From assembly GCA_973895155.1 (NCBI GenBank), contig OZ316894.1, positions 9,262,234 to 9,326,233 of the forward strand: a stretch of DNA of 64,000 nucleotides, read 5' to 3'. Source of the stretch: Marsupella aquatica (lineage: Eukaryota > Plantae > Marchantiophyta). The notes beneath the pieces were generated by a model. The model was not told where the DNA came from and ran no database searches. It worked only from the letters and a program-made list of their open reading frames with translations. Position numbers and translations under genes: made by a program. Below, piece by piece: positions 40,797 to 53,699 of this stretch (the stretch's first letter is position 1; each line of letters starts with the position of its first letter).

Positions 40797-43229
40797 ACTG
40801 ATCTTGTCACGGATTGGTTGTTCTTCAGATCGAAGCGCTTGTCTGCAAAAGGTTCTGGTTCCCTAAAGGTTGTTGTCAACAATGGATAACTGTCCACAAA
40901 TTAACCACATTGGCGTTGTACCCTCCATTCTACAGGAAGCTTGTGAAAAGAAGCCAGCCATAGATAAAATTAATCCAGGTGATTACAGTGTACCACAAAT
41001 CTAATTCAGAATTGGGACAAAGAATGTTAGGTCGGCGTAGGCACTAGCTGCTTTACATGATTGCACATTGATATATGGAACAGCTGGCCATTTTCCAAAC
41101 GGAGTTCTTGGGACAAACAACCGTAGCAAACATTTTTTGTTGACAACCTGCTACGGGAAGATCTCTCTTGATTGAGAAGAACTGATCTAAACTTGAAGGC
41201 AAACCGAGACATGGCGACACAATAGGGTGTTTTCATGGACAAAATTTCCGGCCGAGACGTGCCTACGGTAACAGTATTTATGGACACGGTACGGTTGATT
41301 TTCTCATTGTCACCTTTTGAAGTTCATCATCTTTTGCTAAATTCAGACTTTCTCCCTGCGTCTTCTACGATAGTCGCATTATTTAGTCTTGTCCAAGACC
41401 CCACAAGTTTGTACATGTTGCAATGCACGCGGTTCTCTTACCTCAATTGAGTCCTACTGACCGAGATGACCCCTGATGTAGGAAGAGTATGAAATCTATG
41501 CTGAAAGCAAGGAGAAATTCACCTCGCCACGCCAGCCCCACTGGATCATGCTCAAAGCTAAGTCATGTTGAGGCCAACCATACCATCGCTCGTTCTTCGT
41601 CTTTGCACAATCTCTTTGAACAATATCTAATCTTGAAGGCACTCCCGTATCAGCTCTACAGTTTGAGTTCAAACTTTGTTCTGCCACATCTGGGGGAATA
41701 CTAGACATCCGTCTCCTGAGTCTCTGGGGTTTCAGACAGTCTCAGAGTGATGCAATCAACAGCTCATGATTTTGAGAGTCTTAGATGTACATTCATGCAT
41801 GCACACTACATCCGCATTAATGGACTACCTACAATCCGTAGAATGGACACAAGCCTGTGGACAAAACTGACTAATACAGCTTTACAGAGCCACACGGATG
41901 GATCCAGTCACCCTGTGGTCAACTCATGCCAGAACTTTAGAATGTTCAATCCTCAGCGAAGACCGTTGCCGTTTCTTGCCCCTTTCCCAGGTGTCCTTAG
42001 TTTGGTCGGCCAATCGCTGTGACTTCAATGGTTTGTTTCGACACCGACAAAGTTTGTCAAAGGCAAGACTTTATCAGGAACACAAGTTCATACATTCATC
42101 GTCGGTACATGATTATATGAAGCAGCCGGTGACGTCTGCCCGAGCACATACTCGTACCCGGATCCCTTCTACCTCAATTCTTGTGAGCGCACAAGGTGCA
42201 ATAGAGGTTAACTGTTTGACAGAATATTTTGAAGTATATATGCAGGCGATAGAAAAGCGCGTAGAACTCCACGACAGACTCTGATGAGTAAATAATGAAC
42301 GACCCAATGTCAGATTGCAATTAGCAACGTTTCCACATATTCTTCCAATCTGCGTGATAATCAACTACACGAGGAAATAAAAAAGCATGAGAAGTATACA
42401 CAAGCTCTTACAATAAATCCTGGGAAATTGGAGAAGATGGTCAAGGCTCTAAAGAAGGAGAAGCTTGTCAGGGAGTTGGAGAACAAAAGGAAGGAGCGGG
42501 TACATTCTACTTGTACGAAAGTTGTAGCTACGTTCCTCTAAGGTAACAAAAGATGGCATTTTTGGGTCCTTAGGTGCTTCAGCTCGGAGTTGTTTAGGTT
42601 TCAGCGAGCTTCCCAAGCTCGCAATGCTCCTATGCCTTTCGAACAATAGTGGCCTGGCTTCGTTCTTACAAGCTCCAGCCGGGAAGATTGTCCACTTAGC
42701 TGACATGCCAACTGTTGTGACTATCATTGTCTAGTAAGGCAAGACCTACGTCATATAGAATATGTCGAGAGACACACAACTTAACTAGTCTGCACAATTG
42801 CAATGCCATCCGTTGCTGGCCCTTGGATAGTTTGTCAACCATAGCTGGTTTGTCCCTAATGTCCCTGTTATTATGTACTTTCAACCACTAACAAGGGAAT
42901 TGTAAAAGTCTTATGTCTATATGAATTAAACCTTTTGACTATGTGGTTTGATGACGCGTATGGTTCTTCCTGAATGGTCGTTAAAGTTTCCTTTTCTTAA
43001 TGTTAGTTGTGACAAACAAATTGATCACTTCCAGAATGAACTCTGCTTTCACCCTGTTATCGTGTCCATTTGAAACAACCAAGGTTCCAAGTCGTGCATT
43101 TGCCCCACCTTCCCGGTGGCGTGTGAGTTGTATCAGCACCCTGAAGATCATGAACTTTTGTGAACTTGATGGGGTCCCAGTTTTCACTTTCTGGTCCTTC
43201 GCCTTACTCTCTTTATGTTTGTGGGGATC

Positions 43230-45764
43230 AGGCTAATGGAAATCAACAGGCAAAACCTGTTGTGAAAGTTGCTGTAAATGGAGGTATGTCCGTCATTGAT
43301 TTTGTTTTCCTTGCCACTCTTGAATTTTGCATTGTTTTAACGTTTGGATAGTTTTCGCATTTCTGGTTCCTCATGGAATGATAAATATCGTTGCAATGTG
43401 GATTGTTTTCATCTTTGGAATTCTGCAATGATTGATATGAAAATGTGCTTTCCCAGATAATGGTAGGCCCAAGTCGACCCGTGCGTCCACTTCCAATCGT
43501 AAATATGTAAATGTCACTGATGCAAAGGTAGAAACCAGGGCCACACGTTGTCCACAAGTTGTCACACAAGGCATCATTTGGGAAAAATTGGTGCCTAAGT
43601 TGACGTATAGTATCGTTTTTTTCGTTACGCCTTTCATCAGATGTGTGTGGTAGTTTGCCTTTCCTTTTCACATGTTTGTCTTTATTCTGCCTAGATAGAT
43701 GGCATTGCGAGTCAGAGCAAAGATCACGTAGCAAATGGCACTGCATTTAGCGAAGAATGTGTATTATTAAATCCTTCCAAAGGGAAAGGGCCTTTCACTC
43801 AGCATTCTCTAGACACAGAAGCATTTACAGCATACGGTCGGAAAGATGCTAGTAGATTCGTCTCCTGTGATCTGGTTGGAGCTTCACCTCGACCAGGATT
43901 ACGGTCTGGTTCAAAGCTATGCAGTCAATGTGGCGGGTCCAGCACTGACCTGATGTGCACAGATTGTTGGTAAGGTTCTTGAATTATAATTTCTTGAGAA
44001 GACCACTCTGGACTGTTTTTGACATAGATGTCGGTCCAGACGCAGATCATGACGATCCGATGTTGTATCGTGTTATATATTCAACTCCAACGGTGATAGA
44101 CACTTGATTGTAAGGAACCACAGTGGCTTGCTCCTTTGCTATGGTACATGGCACTCCGCTACTGCCAATGTAGTTCATAGCTTTGGTGTCAATGTCGAAG
44201 TTACAAGTCAAAGCAGATCAGAATTTAGACCTTTTGATGCAGTAGTGCACTCTGGAGGGAAAGTATACTCGGTGAAAGCAGTTTTGAAACGCTGCAAACA
44301 GTTTTGAGCAAATGGTTTGTGAAGAGTCTAAACCCTAAGGATTTGGATTGGTGCATGAAGGTTTTACAGGAAGCAACCTAAGCGCTTTTTCGCAGCAAAA
44401 GAGGTGATGACACGCTCACTACATGTTGTAGGCTATTTCTAGTCATGAGTATGTGGGTATCCCGTGTGTATAGAAGTAACGTCATACTGTGCAATAATAT
44501 GCTTGTCAAGGCTCCACACATGGCGAGCCTTCAGCAGTCCTTTTCACCTGTAAGTTGCTGTGATCATTTTGGGGCCTCGTACTTAGAAAAATGATAAAGT
44601 TACATGCTCTGTACCTTTGAGTGTTGCAATACAGGACTTTGGGTGTGTTTAGCTAGATGCTGATGCCTAAAGTCTACACCTAAAAATTGTCGTAGGTAAT
44701 CTGGTCATGCTTGTCAATTTCGACAGGATATTATCTCTATTAGACATCTAGATTGACAAATCAGGAGTTTCCAAGTGCAAAATTGATGTAGTAAATACCG
44801 CGTGGACGTCATGCTATTAAGGACGGGATTCTCCAAATTGAGAGATGTGTATATGCATTTCAGGTACCCGAACAGAATTCATCGCCTGGAATTCTGGTTA
44901 GTAAAGCTTTGACGGGATTCTTGATCCATCATTATCTTCAGGGCAAAGGTGGTCGTGTTTATGAAGCCAGTTGCAAAAGCATAGATTGTCTATTATGCAA
45001 TCCCTAGAAAATTTTTGTTGGGTTAATTTTGGAAGCCGACTGGTGTGACAGGAAAAGGTTGTGGAGTTGTTTTCTTCAGAAGATGAAGAAGTCAAAGTAA
45101 CTTGAGAGACGTACGATGACTTTCAAATAGCTACCCAGATAAAAGTTTATGAAACTCGAAGTGCACTGTCACCTAGGTAGGATACTTTCTAAAACTAGCA
45201 CGTCTATGTTTGACAAATCTGGGAGCTTGAGCTGTGGCCTTGAAACACCAGCATGGATTCAGCAATTTTCCGTCAGGATTTCTCTATTCTGATCTTTGTC
45301 ACTTTGTAGTATCCGTCCTAGAGATAGAAAGTCCTTTTTGGTTCTGGATAATTTTCTTCCTGTATGTTAAAATTTGATTTCATTCTTGTGATACTTTCCA
45401 GCATGGAGGGATATAGAATTGCGTATCCATCTAGGTAAGATTCGTTGAGAAAGGACATTTAGACGGCTATGCAAATGTATGGAAACCTTTAAATAAAATC
45501 TCGCTTGCTCCAACCTAAATCCTATATTAGTCTTGGATTGTTGCTAATTTACTGTCTCTACAAAATGTATTGGGAGATTTGGTCTGTATGCTACAGGTAG
45601 TCCTCGCTCCCACTTTTCTTCTTGCTTGTCAATTTACGCATTATTTTGTCTGTTTCTGTGGTCTTCAAGGATGATCCTGAAGGTGCAGAGGTTGCATACC
45701 ATGACATACTCCAACTAGAACCAATGGAATTTCTCAATGATACTGTGATTGACTTCTATATTAA
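43230..45764 (+). pseudogene. Intron-containing 5' part of a ULP (C48) SUMO protease gene, cut off at the start of the catalytic domain, inside the CACTA element
   Basis: Exons MEGYRIAYPS (about 45403-45433) and DDPEGAEVAYHDILQLEPMEFLNDTVIDFYIK (about 45670-45764) resemble OTS/ULP2-type proteases. Upstream GT-AG-bounded open segments at about 43231, 43457 and 43695 are assigned tentatively. Confidence 0.65.
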
Positions 45765-47959
45765 GTAGGTAATCTCAGCTGCAAAGGATCTTGGTTTTCG
45801 GGAGGCTCCGGCAAATCATGTTGTGTTCTATTGTACCAGTGTTGCTAAAATTCTAGGGAACATCTTAGTAGTTTGACACTTTTTCTTGGGCTTCTATTGG
45901 CTCGTTGAACTTTTAGTAAAGTTGCAGTTTGTGGTCCTAGCAACAGTTGAATATTTGCTTATATCATGTGGATGTCATTCATGCTCATGTTCTGTTTATT
46001 TTTTGTAGTTAATATGTTATATTATTAAAGTGTTAATATGTTATATTTCTAAAGTGATGATGAACATGAATGTTTTTATGTAATGCAATGTGAATTGTGC
46101 ATGAATTGATTATCTCTTTTTATGAACTATGACATAATTGTTATAATTCATTTTGGATTAATCATGGTTACAATTTACTTAAATTCAATCTCAACCTTAT
46201 TAGTTATGAACATGACTATGTAGAGACTCAAATGAAAGTGTTATGTGACTCGGACCAGGGTCTCCCTTGGTCTATTATGTGACACTAAAAGATCACAAGC
46301 TAGTTGCTTTTAAGGGCAAGTAAGCCATGGACATGACTTACCCTGTGACTAATTAAAGTCACATTGCAGTCATGTATCAACAAGACTAGATTTCATAATG
46401 GAGTCACAAATCAGTCACAAATGGGTATAAGCAAGTCACAATGTCCAGTATCAATAATGACTTCTAATTTTTGGTCTCAACTTTTGCAACTCCAAAGGTC
46501 ACAGCCTGGGTCACGTCACGTTGAGTCACAATGAAGTCACATGACCCAAAATGAGTCACATATTGCGGTCTCAGATAAGCTCGGATTCTTCTAGTGCCCT
46601 TACTGAGATTAGATAAATCAATAGCTAGGTTGTCGAATTTATCCAAGTGATCTTGGAGCTTGTTCTCCTCTTTGAGCCTAAGGCTCATCAAGAGAGACTT
46701 CTTGTACAATCGATCTGATGCATCTCTCGATAGTACTTTTGCCTTAGGGCTTTGAACAGAGATGCATAATCCGCGTAGTCATTCAACTTCTTGATGATAT
46801 GCGGCTTTAGATAAAGCATCATCGCATTCACTGCAATTACTTGTTCCTGCCTCCACCTCTTTAGTGGAATGTCCTCATCATCATTGTACATCTCTCGTGT
46901 AGAGAGAAGATGATCTAGGCCCATAGTACAAAGAACTCCTTTCACTTGCTTCTCTTAGAGCAAGTAGTTCGTACGTCCATCATACTTTTCCACCTCAAAC
47001 TTGACACCTCCAAACTTGGATGCCATCTCTTTTTCCTTCACACCCCCCTCTACTCGCTGCACCAATGATTGTTCCGGTGTCACGTTTGCTTCCTCCTGCT
47101 CCTCTCTCTTCACCTCAAACCATCGTGATGATCTTTGTGCTTCAAGCTCCACGTCTTCAAAAATCTCCTCTGAATCACTCATGTGAGAATGCAAGAAAAA
47201 ATGACATTTTCTCAACTTCTTCAAAGAACTCAAAACTTATCACCGTCGCGTAGCCCACAAGCCCAGCTCTCCAATGCTAAAAACCAAAATCAAAATTGAA
47301 CTCCGACGTAAAACTTATTCACTTTTTGGTCGGGGTGTGGTAAAACTTGCAATTCTTCCTCGTTTTGACCACCTCGGGGAATAACCAAAATGTGAACTAG
47401 TACCTAAATATCAAAAATGCAATTTTATTGGTGCACCATATGGCCAACTATGATGGCTACCTCCTTGCCGAAGATGAACAAAAAAAAGTTACCATTCGAC
47501 GGACGAAATCTTTGACAAACGGCTGAAAACACACTCTCTATTTTTTGGGAGTATTCCCACACAGAGCAGCAGGGATCACAAGGGGCCGTTCCCCTGTCCA
47601 AGCGGTTAAAGCAAAGGGTGGCAGGGCCCGGGATGCGATAGCAATCAGAAACCGGGAAAAGGAAAATAAAAAAAGCTTTAACAGTGTCCACATATGGACT
47701 GCCAAATACCAGAAACCCACTTCAAGATTGCATATATAGCACTAGTTTGAACCTTGGTTTCCTTGCAAAATTTTCATCAGCATTTGTTTCAATCCTAAAC
47801 ATTGAACACAAAGGTTGTCGACTTCGGCCAAATGGAGCAACAAATCGCAATTGGAGAGGGCAGGGTGCAAATTCACAATGAGATCATCACTAATGGAGCA
47901 GGAGGCTTTGGAGGCATTTAAGCTGAATTTGCACAGGCCAATGTCATCGATAGGATCTC

Positions 47960-48502
47960 ACAGAAGTGCAATATGGGTGGGCCATTGCCAGTAACGATGG
48001 CCAACAAAGATCAAAAGAGGAAGCGAGGGCACAGGCAACAGCATGAACAAATTTGGGAAGATTACTTTGCCCAAACACCTTGTATTGATGCAACTGATTT
48101 TTTAAGACTCTTTGATCAGATTTCTGATGTTGTTTGTGCACGCAATAGCCTTTTCCAACAAAGATAAAATGTTGCCAAGAAGAGGGCATTTTCTGGTCTT
48201 CAAAAGAATACTGTTGCTTTGCAACAACTTGCACATTGAATTGGAGAAAAATACCATAAATGAGTACTGGAGGTTGAGAGAATCCCTAGCAATCCATAGA
48301 TAGCATTGAAGTCATTGCACATATGGTCAAAAGCAATTTGAGAATTGTTTGAGGGCCAGCACTTGAGGAGGCCAAGCAGAGTTGACTTTCAAAGGCTGTT
48401 GGCAATCATGAGAATAGACGGTTTCTTAGGATGTATGTTTCCTTTGTTACATGCATTAAGATTGGATAATTGTACTCGCGCATGGCAAGGGCAATGGCAA
48501 TC
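47960..48502 (+). pseudogene. PIF/Harbinger DDE nuclease pseudogene, 5' part
   Basis: QIWEDYFA, GLQKNTVALQQLA, EYWRLRES, FEGQHLRRPSRVDFQRLL, GFLGC and NCTRAWQGQ are typical plant Harbinger transposase motifs; frameshifted. Confidence 0.8.
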
Positions 48503-48996
48503 TGTCCAACATAGCATTTTTTACTAACCTATCCCCCAAATTGACCATCATTATCAACCTGTCCCACAAACTATTTCAATTCTAAGTAGACATCACCCTA
48601 TTCATTAAAAGTGTATCTTATTTTGTTCACTTTTAGGCCTCAAAATGTACATTTTTTGGTCTCAAAATGTACACTTTTTAACCCCAAAAGGTATACTATA
48701 GTACAATACTCTACACCTAAATAATCAATTGTAAACTTGAGGGAAAAATAATGATCTTTACTAGAAGGAGTCTCATCCTAGTTCATTTATAAAAGATGAA
48801 CATGGTGGTATGTCTGATGGCCATCACTTTATATCTTGCCCAAATGTACACTTTTTGAAAGCCAAATATACACTTTCTATTGCCCAAATGTTCACAAATT
48901 GAATAATAATTCACTTTTAATGAATAGATTGATAGACCCCCTTTTTGTACATGGGTAACTATCTTTAACTCATGTACTTAACCCAAGGTACTCCCT
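48503..48996 (+). repeat. Left terminal inverted repeat (about 145 bp once the nested MITE is removed)
   Basis: TGTCCAA..TTTTTTACTAACCTATCCCCCAAATTGACCAT..AACCTGTCCC.CAAACTATTT..TAAGT.|CCCCCTTT.TGTA.ATGGGT..CTTTAACTCATGTA.TTAACC..AGGTA.TCCCT. Confidence 0.88.
48592..48933. mobile_element. Small MITE nested in the left TIR, 4-bp TSD AGAC
   Basis: TIR ATCACCCTATTCATTAAAAGTG / CACTTTTAATGAATAGATTGAT. AGAC at 48588-48591 and 48934-48937. Internal CAAAATGTACACTTTT repeats. Confidence 0.8.
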
Positions 48997-49737
48997 TTTG
49001 GCCCTGGAGCATTTTTTAAAATGGAAGTACATTGGGAAAGATATAGAACCGCAACAGGAAGGAAGCCACGAGCCTCTTGTCAAGCCTGCCTTTGCAGGTT
49101 TGTTGGGGCAGGGAAGAAGCCAGGGTCATTGTCACACCATTCTGAGTAGTGTAGTAGTATATCGTGCTATTAGAGTATGTACATTTGGTATGAGTGCTAT
49201 TGGAGCCGATAAGGTTCTGTCAGGTTTGTGTGAGAGGGTACTTCTCACTTGTGAGGCATTGAAAGGTCATCTTTCAATGTTGAGCCTTGGAGAGAGAGGA
49301 GCTTGAGGAGCTTGAGTGTGGCTATGGTGGCTGTGAGCTCCGCTTGTGTAACGTGGATTCCTTGAGTAGTGCAAGGTGCGTTGGCTTGACATACGTGTGT
49401 GATCGGATCGGTGCGGGATCGATGGGGTATTGTTGACCGGGATCGTTGCGCCGATTGTATGGAGATTACATTGAAAGATCACATTCGAAATCTGCTGTAC
49501 GGACTGTGCGGACAGAAGTTCGATTGATTGAGTTGTTGACGGTTCGTGGTAGCTCGGATCGTGTGTTGTTATCAAATAGATCGTTGGTATCTTGACCTGT
49601 ATCGTTGTTGTCCGATCGGCCTGCTTCCCGATCGATGTACAGATCTGTGATTGGTGACAGGTTTTGAGTTGGAGGTCGATTGATGATTCGTGGAGGAAAG
49701 CGAATGTTGAGTAGATGTTGGACAGTGGAAGTCGATC

Positions 49738-49830
49738 CGTGAGGCTTCAGATCCGATTGCCGGCTACTGTGAGGCTTCAGATCTGATTGTCGGCTACTAT
49801 GGGGCTTCAGATCTGATTGCCAGCTATTGT
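49738..49830. repeat. 30-bp tandem repeat, 3 copies
   Basis: GTGAGGCTTCAGATC(C/T)GATTG(C/T)CGGCTACT units. Confidence 0.85.
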
Positions 49831-50068
49831 TGGATGATGTTGGCAAGGCGCAGGTGAAGCGACGGCTCTTTTCCTGAAGGAACGGAGCTGCCAATGCCCC
49901 GTGCGACGGTATCATCGTTTCAGTGAAAGAAACGAGGGTCAAAGGTGTTGAATCAAGCTGCTGCCAATTCTGTGGAAGGGCTGCGTTTTTCATGAAGGAA
50001 ATCGACAGTTTTCGGGAGCTTTTCGTGAAGGAAGTAGTCGTTTTTGGGGTCAGGTGTGAGGTGCACAA

Positions 50069-50307
50069 GGTCACCCATCCCAAAAGTGCTCGCACGAGGC
50101 GACGCGTGAGGTCACCCATTCCGAAAGTGCTCCCAACCGCGAGCGCGAAGTCACCCATCGCGAGCGCAGGCAGGCGCGAGGTCGAGGTCACCCATCCCGG
50201 GGCTATTCCGGGCCATGAGCGCGAGGGGAGGCACAAGGTCGAGCGCGAGGAGGTCACCCATCCCGGGGCTATTCCCAGCCGCGAGCGCTTAACTGGCAAG
50301 TTCTCAT
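50069..50307 (-). promoter_or_regulatory. 5S-rRNA-derived Pol III internal control region (A box plus C box) with four extra C-box copies
   Basis: The reverse complement of 50248-50307, ATGAGAACTTGCCAGTTAAGC-N23-GGATGGGTGACCTCCT, mirrors plant 5S ATCAGAACTCCGCAGTTAAGC-N23-GGATGGGTGACCTCCT. Further GGATGGGTGAC-like boxes at 50069, 50110, 50150 and 50186. Confidence 0.75.
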
Positions 50308-53300
50308 CCCACCTTGTGTACACACAAGCTTTGACAACTTGTTGTTTAGATTCAAGCGCCAGGGGGCTTTATACACTTCCCGGTTTGTTTAGAGGCCTAT
50401 TCTAGGCCAAATCAGAGGCCGTTTTAGGGTTTTTGATACTTCTGAGTCCATCTAGATTCACAGATTGAACCAATTTTGCCTTGGTTCTCATCTACAACAT
50501 TGGAGTGCCATTGTGAAGCCTATTATGAAGGCTCTTCCTTGAACCTTATGTACATTGTCATATTGATTTGCATTTGCTTTTGTGTGGAGAGTTGAATGGT
50601 ATCCATTTTTGTTTCTGGATCCTCTTCACACATGTTTCCTGTTTATGCGCCATGTTAGTTTCGTGTGGGCGCTTGATTCCATAGGAGTGATCCGGGTTTG
50701 CAACTGGACACTCTAGTGTCCTGTGTATTTCTCTCTTGGGTGATGTTGGAGTGATGCCCAACACACCATGGTGAGTGCTTGTGGTTGTGGTGCTGACAGG
50801 GATAGATTGCCCTTAGGGTTAGCACATAGATTAGGTTAGGATTGGTCACCACGGATTCTTCTGGTGCTGCTGGATTACTCGATGGATGACGGACCGGTTT
50901 CACTCGGAGTGGGGCACAGTTTTGACCAGCGACATTGGTAGCAGTCAGCAGTGCAGCTTCAGACAGTGATTCTGATGAGGACTCAATGACCAGTTCTCCT
51001 CATCATCAGGTGGTTGCACCTTTGTTGTGGGATATGGACGAGATGTACGGGGCTACAAAGGGCCCACGACGATACTCTGGTGCAGTTGGCACAATTGATC
51101 TGGATGACTTCATCCAGGAGTTTGATACGTGGTGCGATATGCAGACATTGCATAACGTCACGTTGTTTACCCCTTTCATGGCATGGAAGGGATTATTCCA
51201 GCATTTGGAGGGGCCACCCATGGATGACTATCATGAGTTTCGGAAGGCTCATTTGGTTGAGATTGAGGCATGGAGGCAGCATTGGTCGCCTAATTACGTG
51301 TCCATCACCTATGGCACTAGTGCGGCTGCCCAACCCATTGCCACAGCTGGTGCTTCTTCTAGCAGCACTAGCCAGAGTGGCACACCATCCACCAGCAGCA
51401 CTCCAGCAGCATCCACCACTACTCCTGCCGGTGTGATTGTGACAGGAACTAGAGTTGCGCCAGCATTTAATCCTGTGGTGGAATTCTTTGAGGTACTGAA
51501 GCAGAACTATGAGGGTGTGAGAACTGATAAGTTGAAGGGTCTTCAGGAGTTCCAACGCAAGACTGGAGAAAACCTACGTGAGGCATACACACGTATGCGC
51601 AGATTGATCACTGTCACCAAGGGAGTGACAGAGGCTCAGGCAGTCCAGTTTTGGTATGCAATTTTGGACAGAGAATTGCGACGCAGAGTGAGAGATGTCA
51701 CTCTGCTTAGGGATGCAGATCCCACATTAGCAGTTGTTTTCACCCTTTCTGAGCGCATTGAGCTCAATATGGTGAATGAGAAGGTGGTGACTTCCGGATT
51801 TGCCAAGGAAGCACCAAAGGCTACATCTACATCCACACCACAGCCTACTGCACGGAAGAGCCAGAGGGAGAAGCCTACTGCACGAGAGTCTACCAGCCAG
51901 AGACCTGTGCCCTCTTATGCTGGACAGCAGTCATGATGTTGGACCTATGGTGGGGATCATGCACAGAGATATTGTCCAGATCATAGAGGATCAGGGGGAG
52001 CATCAGCGCCTGATCAGCGACAGTGTGATCACTGTGGAGCTCCTGGACACACCAAGGATAGGTGTTTCTCACTCCACCCTGAGTTACGGAGAGGAAGATC
52101 CCGTACACATGATCAGGGAAGAGGAGGAGGAGGTAGAGGTGGTGGATGTGGTCGTGGCATGCCACATGCAGGGAGACAGGGAGGTGATGCTACCCCTGCT
52201 GTAACCATAGATCCAAAGGATGCTAAGATTGCTCAATTGGAGCAACAACTAGCTGCCATGGCTAGTTCCCAGGTGAGACCTAATTCTGGTGATGGGGCAT
52301 CTACATCCTATGGACCTTCCACATCCCATGGTCCTTCCACATCTTATGGAGCTGATGGAGACCTTGCCACCATGGGATTCATGTGTGGCACTGCACATAT
52401 TGATGCATCAGCAGCTTTGACACGTGGGGCAGCCAAAGCTCTTGAGCCCCGAGGAGCAGTAGTGGAGTTAGATCCACAAAGGGGGGATGCACGTCGGCAG
52501 ACAAAGCTTCCTCAGTCTTTTACATTGTCAGAGACAGTTCAGACTGCCTCTATGAACCCGGTTCGGACAAACCTTGATGTGGGTAAGTTGGCAGAATCAG
52601 GTAGTGATGCAGTAGGGATGACAGGTACCTTGCTGGGGGCGGCTATTGCCATAGTACGCACCCCATTATTTTCAGCGATAGACATGCTGAACTTGGGAGT
52701 TGGTCCTGCAAAAGTGTTCAGATTGGCAGCTACACTCTGTGAGGACACTCCAGTGGTTGCTTCCCATGCAGAATCAACTTGCAGTGTTAATGCAGTGAAG
52801 ACCATGCCACCTACTGCTACTAGTGAGACATGGCATGCAGCAGCAACGAGGTTGGTGGATTTACCAGCACGCCCTGCATTTGAGAGGACTAGGTTTAAAC
52901 CTAGTGTTGTGTCATTGGATAATCGGAGTGGTATCTTTCGATTAGTTGGGCCTTTTGGAGCAGTATACCAGCCAGAGAGAGTGTTACTGGATACTGGTGC
53001 TCAGCCCTTGATGTTGGGGAAGTCTGCCATACGTGGATTGGGATTGCATCCAGAGGATTTGGAGGATTGTCCCTTTCCCATTCAGACTTCATTGGGGGGA
53101 CCTACACCTACACAGCATATCACCAGGAGACCACTTGATTTGAGGATTCAGGAAGGTCATACCACAGATAGCTCACAGATACAGGCGCGAGCTATACTGA
53201 CTAAGGTAGAGTCATATGATGTGTTGGTGGGATGTACAGTGCTCTACCCCATGGGATTTATTCTTGATTTTTGGGAGGAATCAGTGTCATATAGACCTAA

Positions 53301-53699
53301 TTAGCAGTCAGGAGATGCTCAATTGAGCAAATTGCCAGTGAGATTTAGTGGACCTGTGGGAGGCCCTAAATCCACACCATTGTCTTTGGTAGCATTCAGT
53401 GGTGTAATTGTTGGACTTGATGATTTGATTGAGGGTAATGCGCATGCAGCCGATGTTCCACCATTGGAGGAGTCTCATGAGGAGCACATCATGCGAGGAT
53501 TACCTGTTGGCAGTGTTGTGCCACTAGTGTGGGGCACTGCACAGGCCTTGCCACAGGCAGCAACACGATTGGTACATGATGCATGGCGTCATGCTTTTAC
53601 ACCACAGTCAGGAGCAGAGTAGTCTCTTGCAGATGGACCTGTGACTCTTTCACCATTGGATACCACTCCTATTGCTTGGCAGTATCCACCGGAGGGTAT

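Larger units (their letters stand above)
38641..46596. mobile_element. Non-autonomous CACTA (En/Spm) element carrying host gene fragments (Pack-CACTA)
   Basis: TIRs CACTAGAAGAA / TTCTTCTAGTG with 3-bp TSD CCC (38638-38640, 46597-46599). GTCACA/TGACTC subterminal repeats at both ends. Removing the insert rejoins Copia gag (DLSNLSK-G-IEEEDKALFLLSSLPPSY). No transposase recognised inside. Confidence 0.9.
34386..47260 (-). mobile_element. Degenerate Ty1/Copia retrotransposon: 3' LTR 34386-34728, PPT, RNase H, RT, integrase, protease, gag. Gag is split by the CACTA insertion at 38641-46596; no 5' LTR seen
   Basis: PPT (reverse complement AGTCAAGGGGGAGAT) abuts the LTR. RT YKARLVAKGF and LYVDDML; RNase H IGYVDS...RRSRTGYVF; integrase HSDVWG, LRSDNDGEY, PQENGVIER; zinc knuckle CHKVGHVKRDC; gag KFEVEKYDGRTNY. 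Many stops and frameshifts. Confidence 0.92.

Noticed and set aside
50248-50307. A true 5S rRNA gene
   Set aside because: Only the internal promoter boxes match; the 5' and 3' stems and the T-run terminator are absent.
49466-50323. 285-aa minus-strand ORF in the element leader
   Set aside because: It is built from GC-rich tandem repeats and the 5S-like boxes, with no recognisable domain.
50969-51010. CTGATGA within a hairpin (CTGATGAGGA...TCCTCATCATCAG), a possible hammerhead ribozyme
   Set aside because: No GAAA core or three-stem arrangement, and it lies in the gag reading frame.
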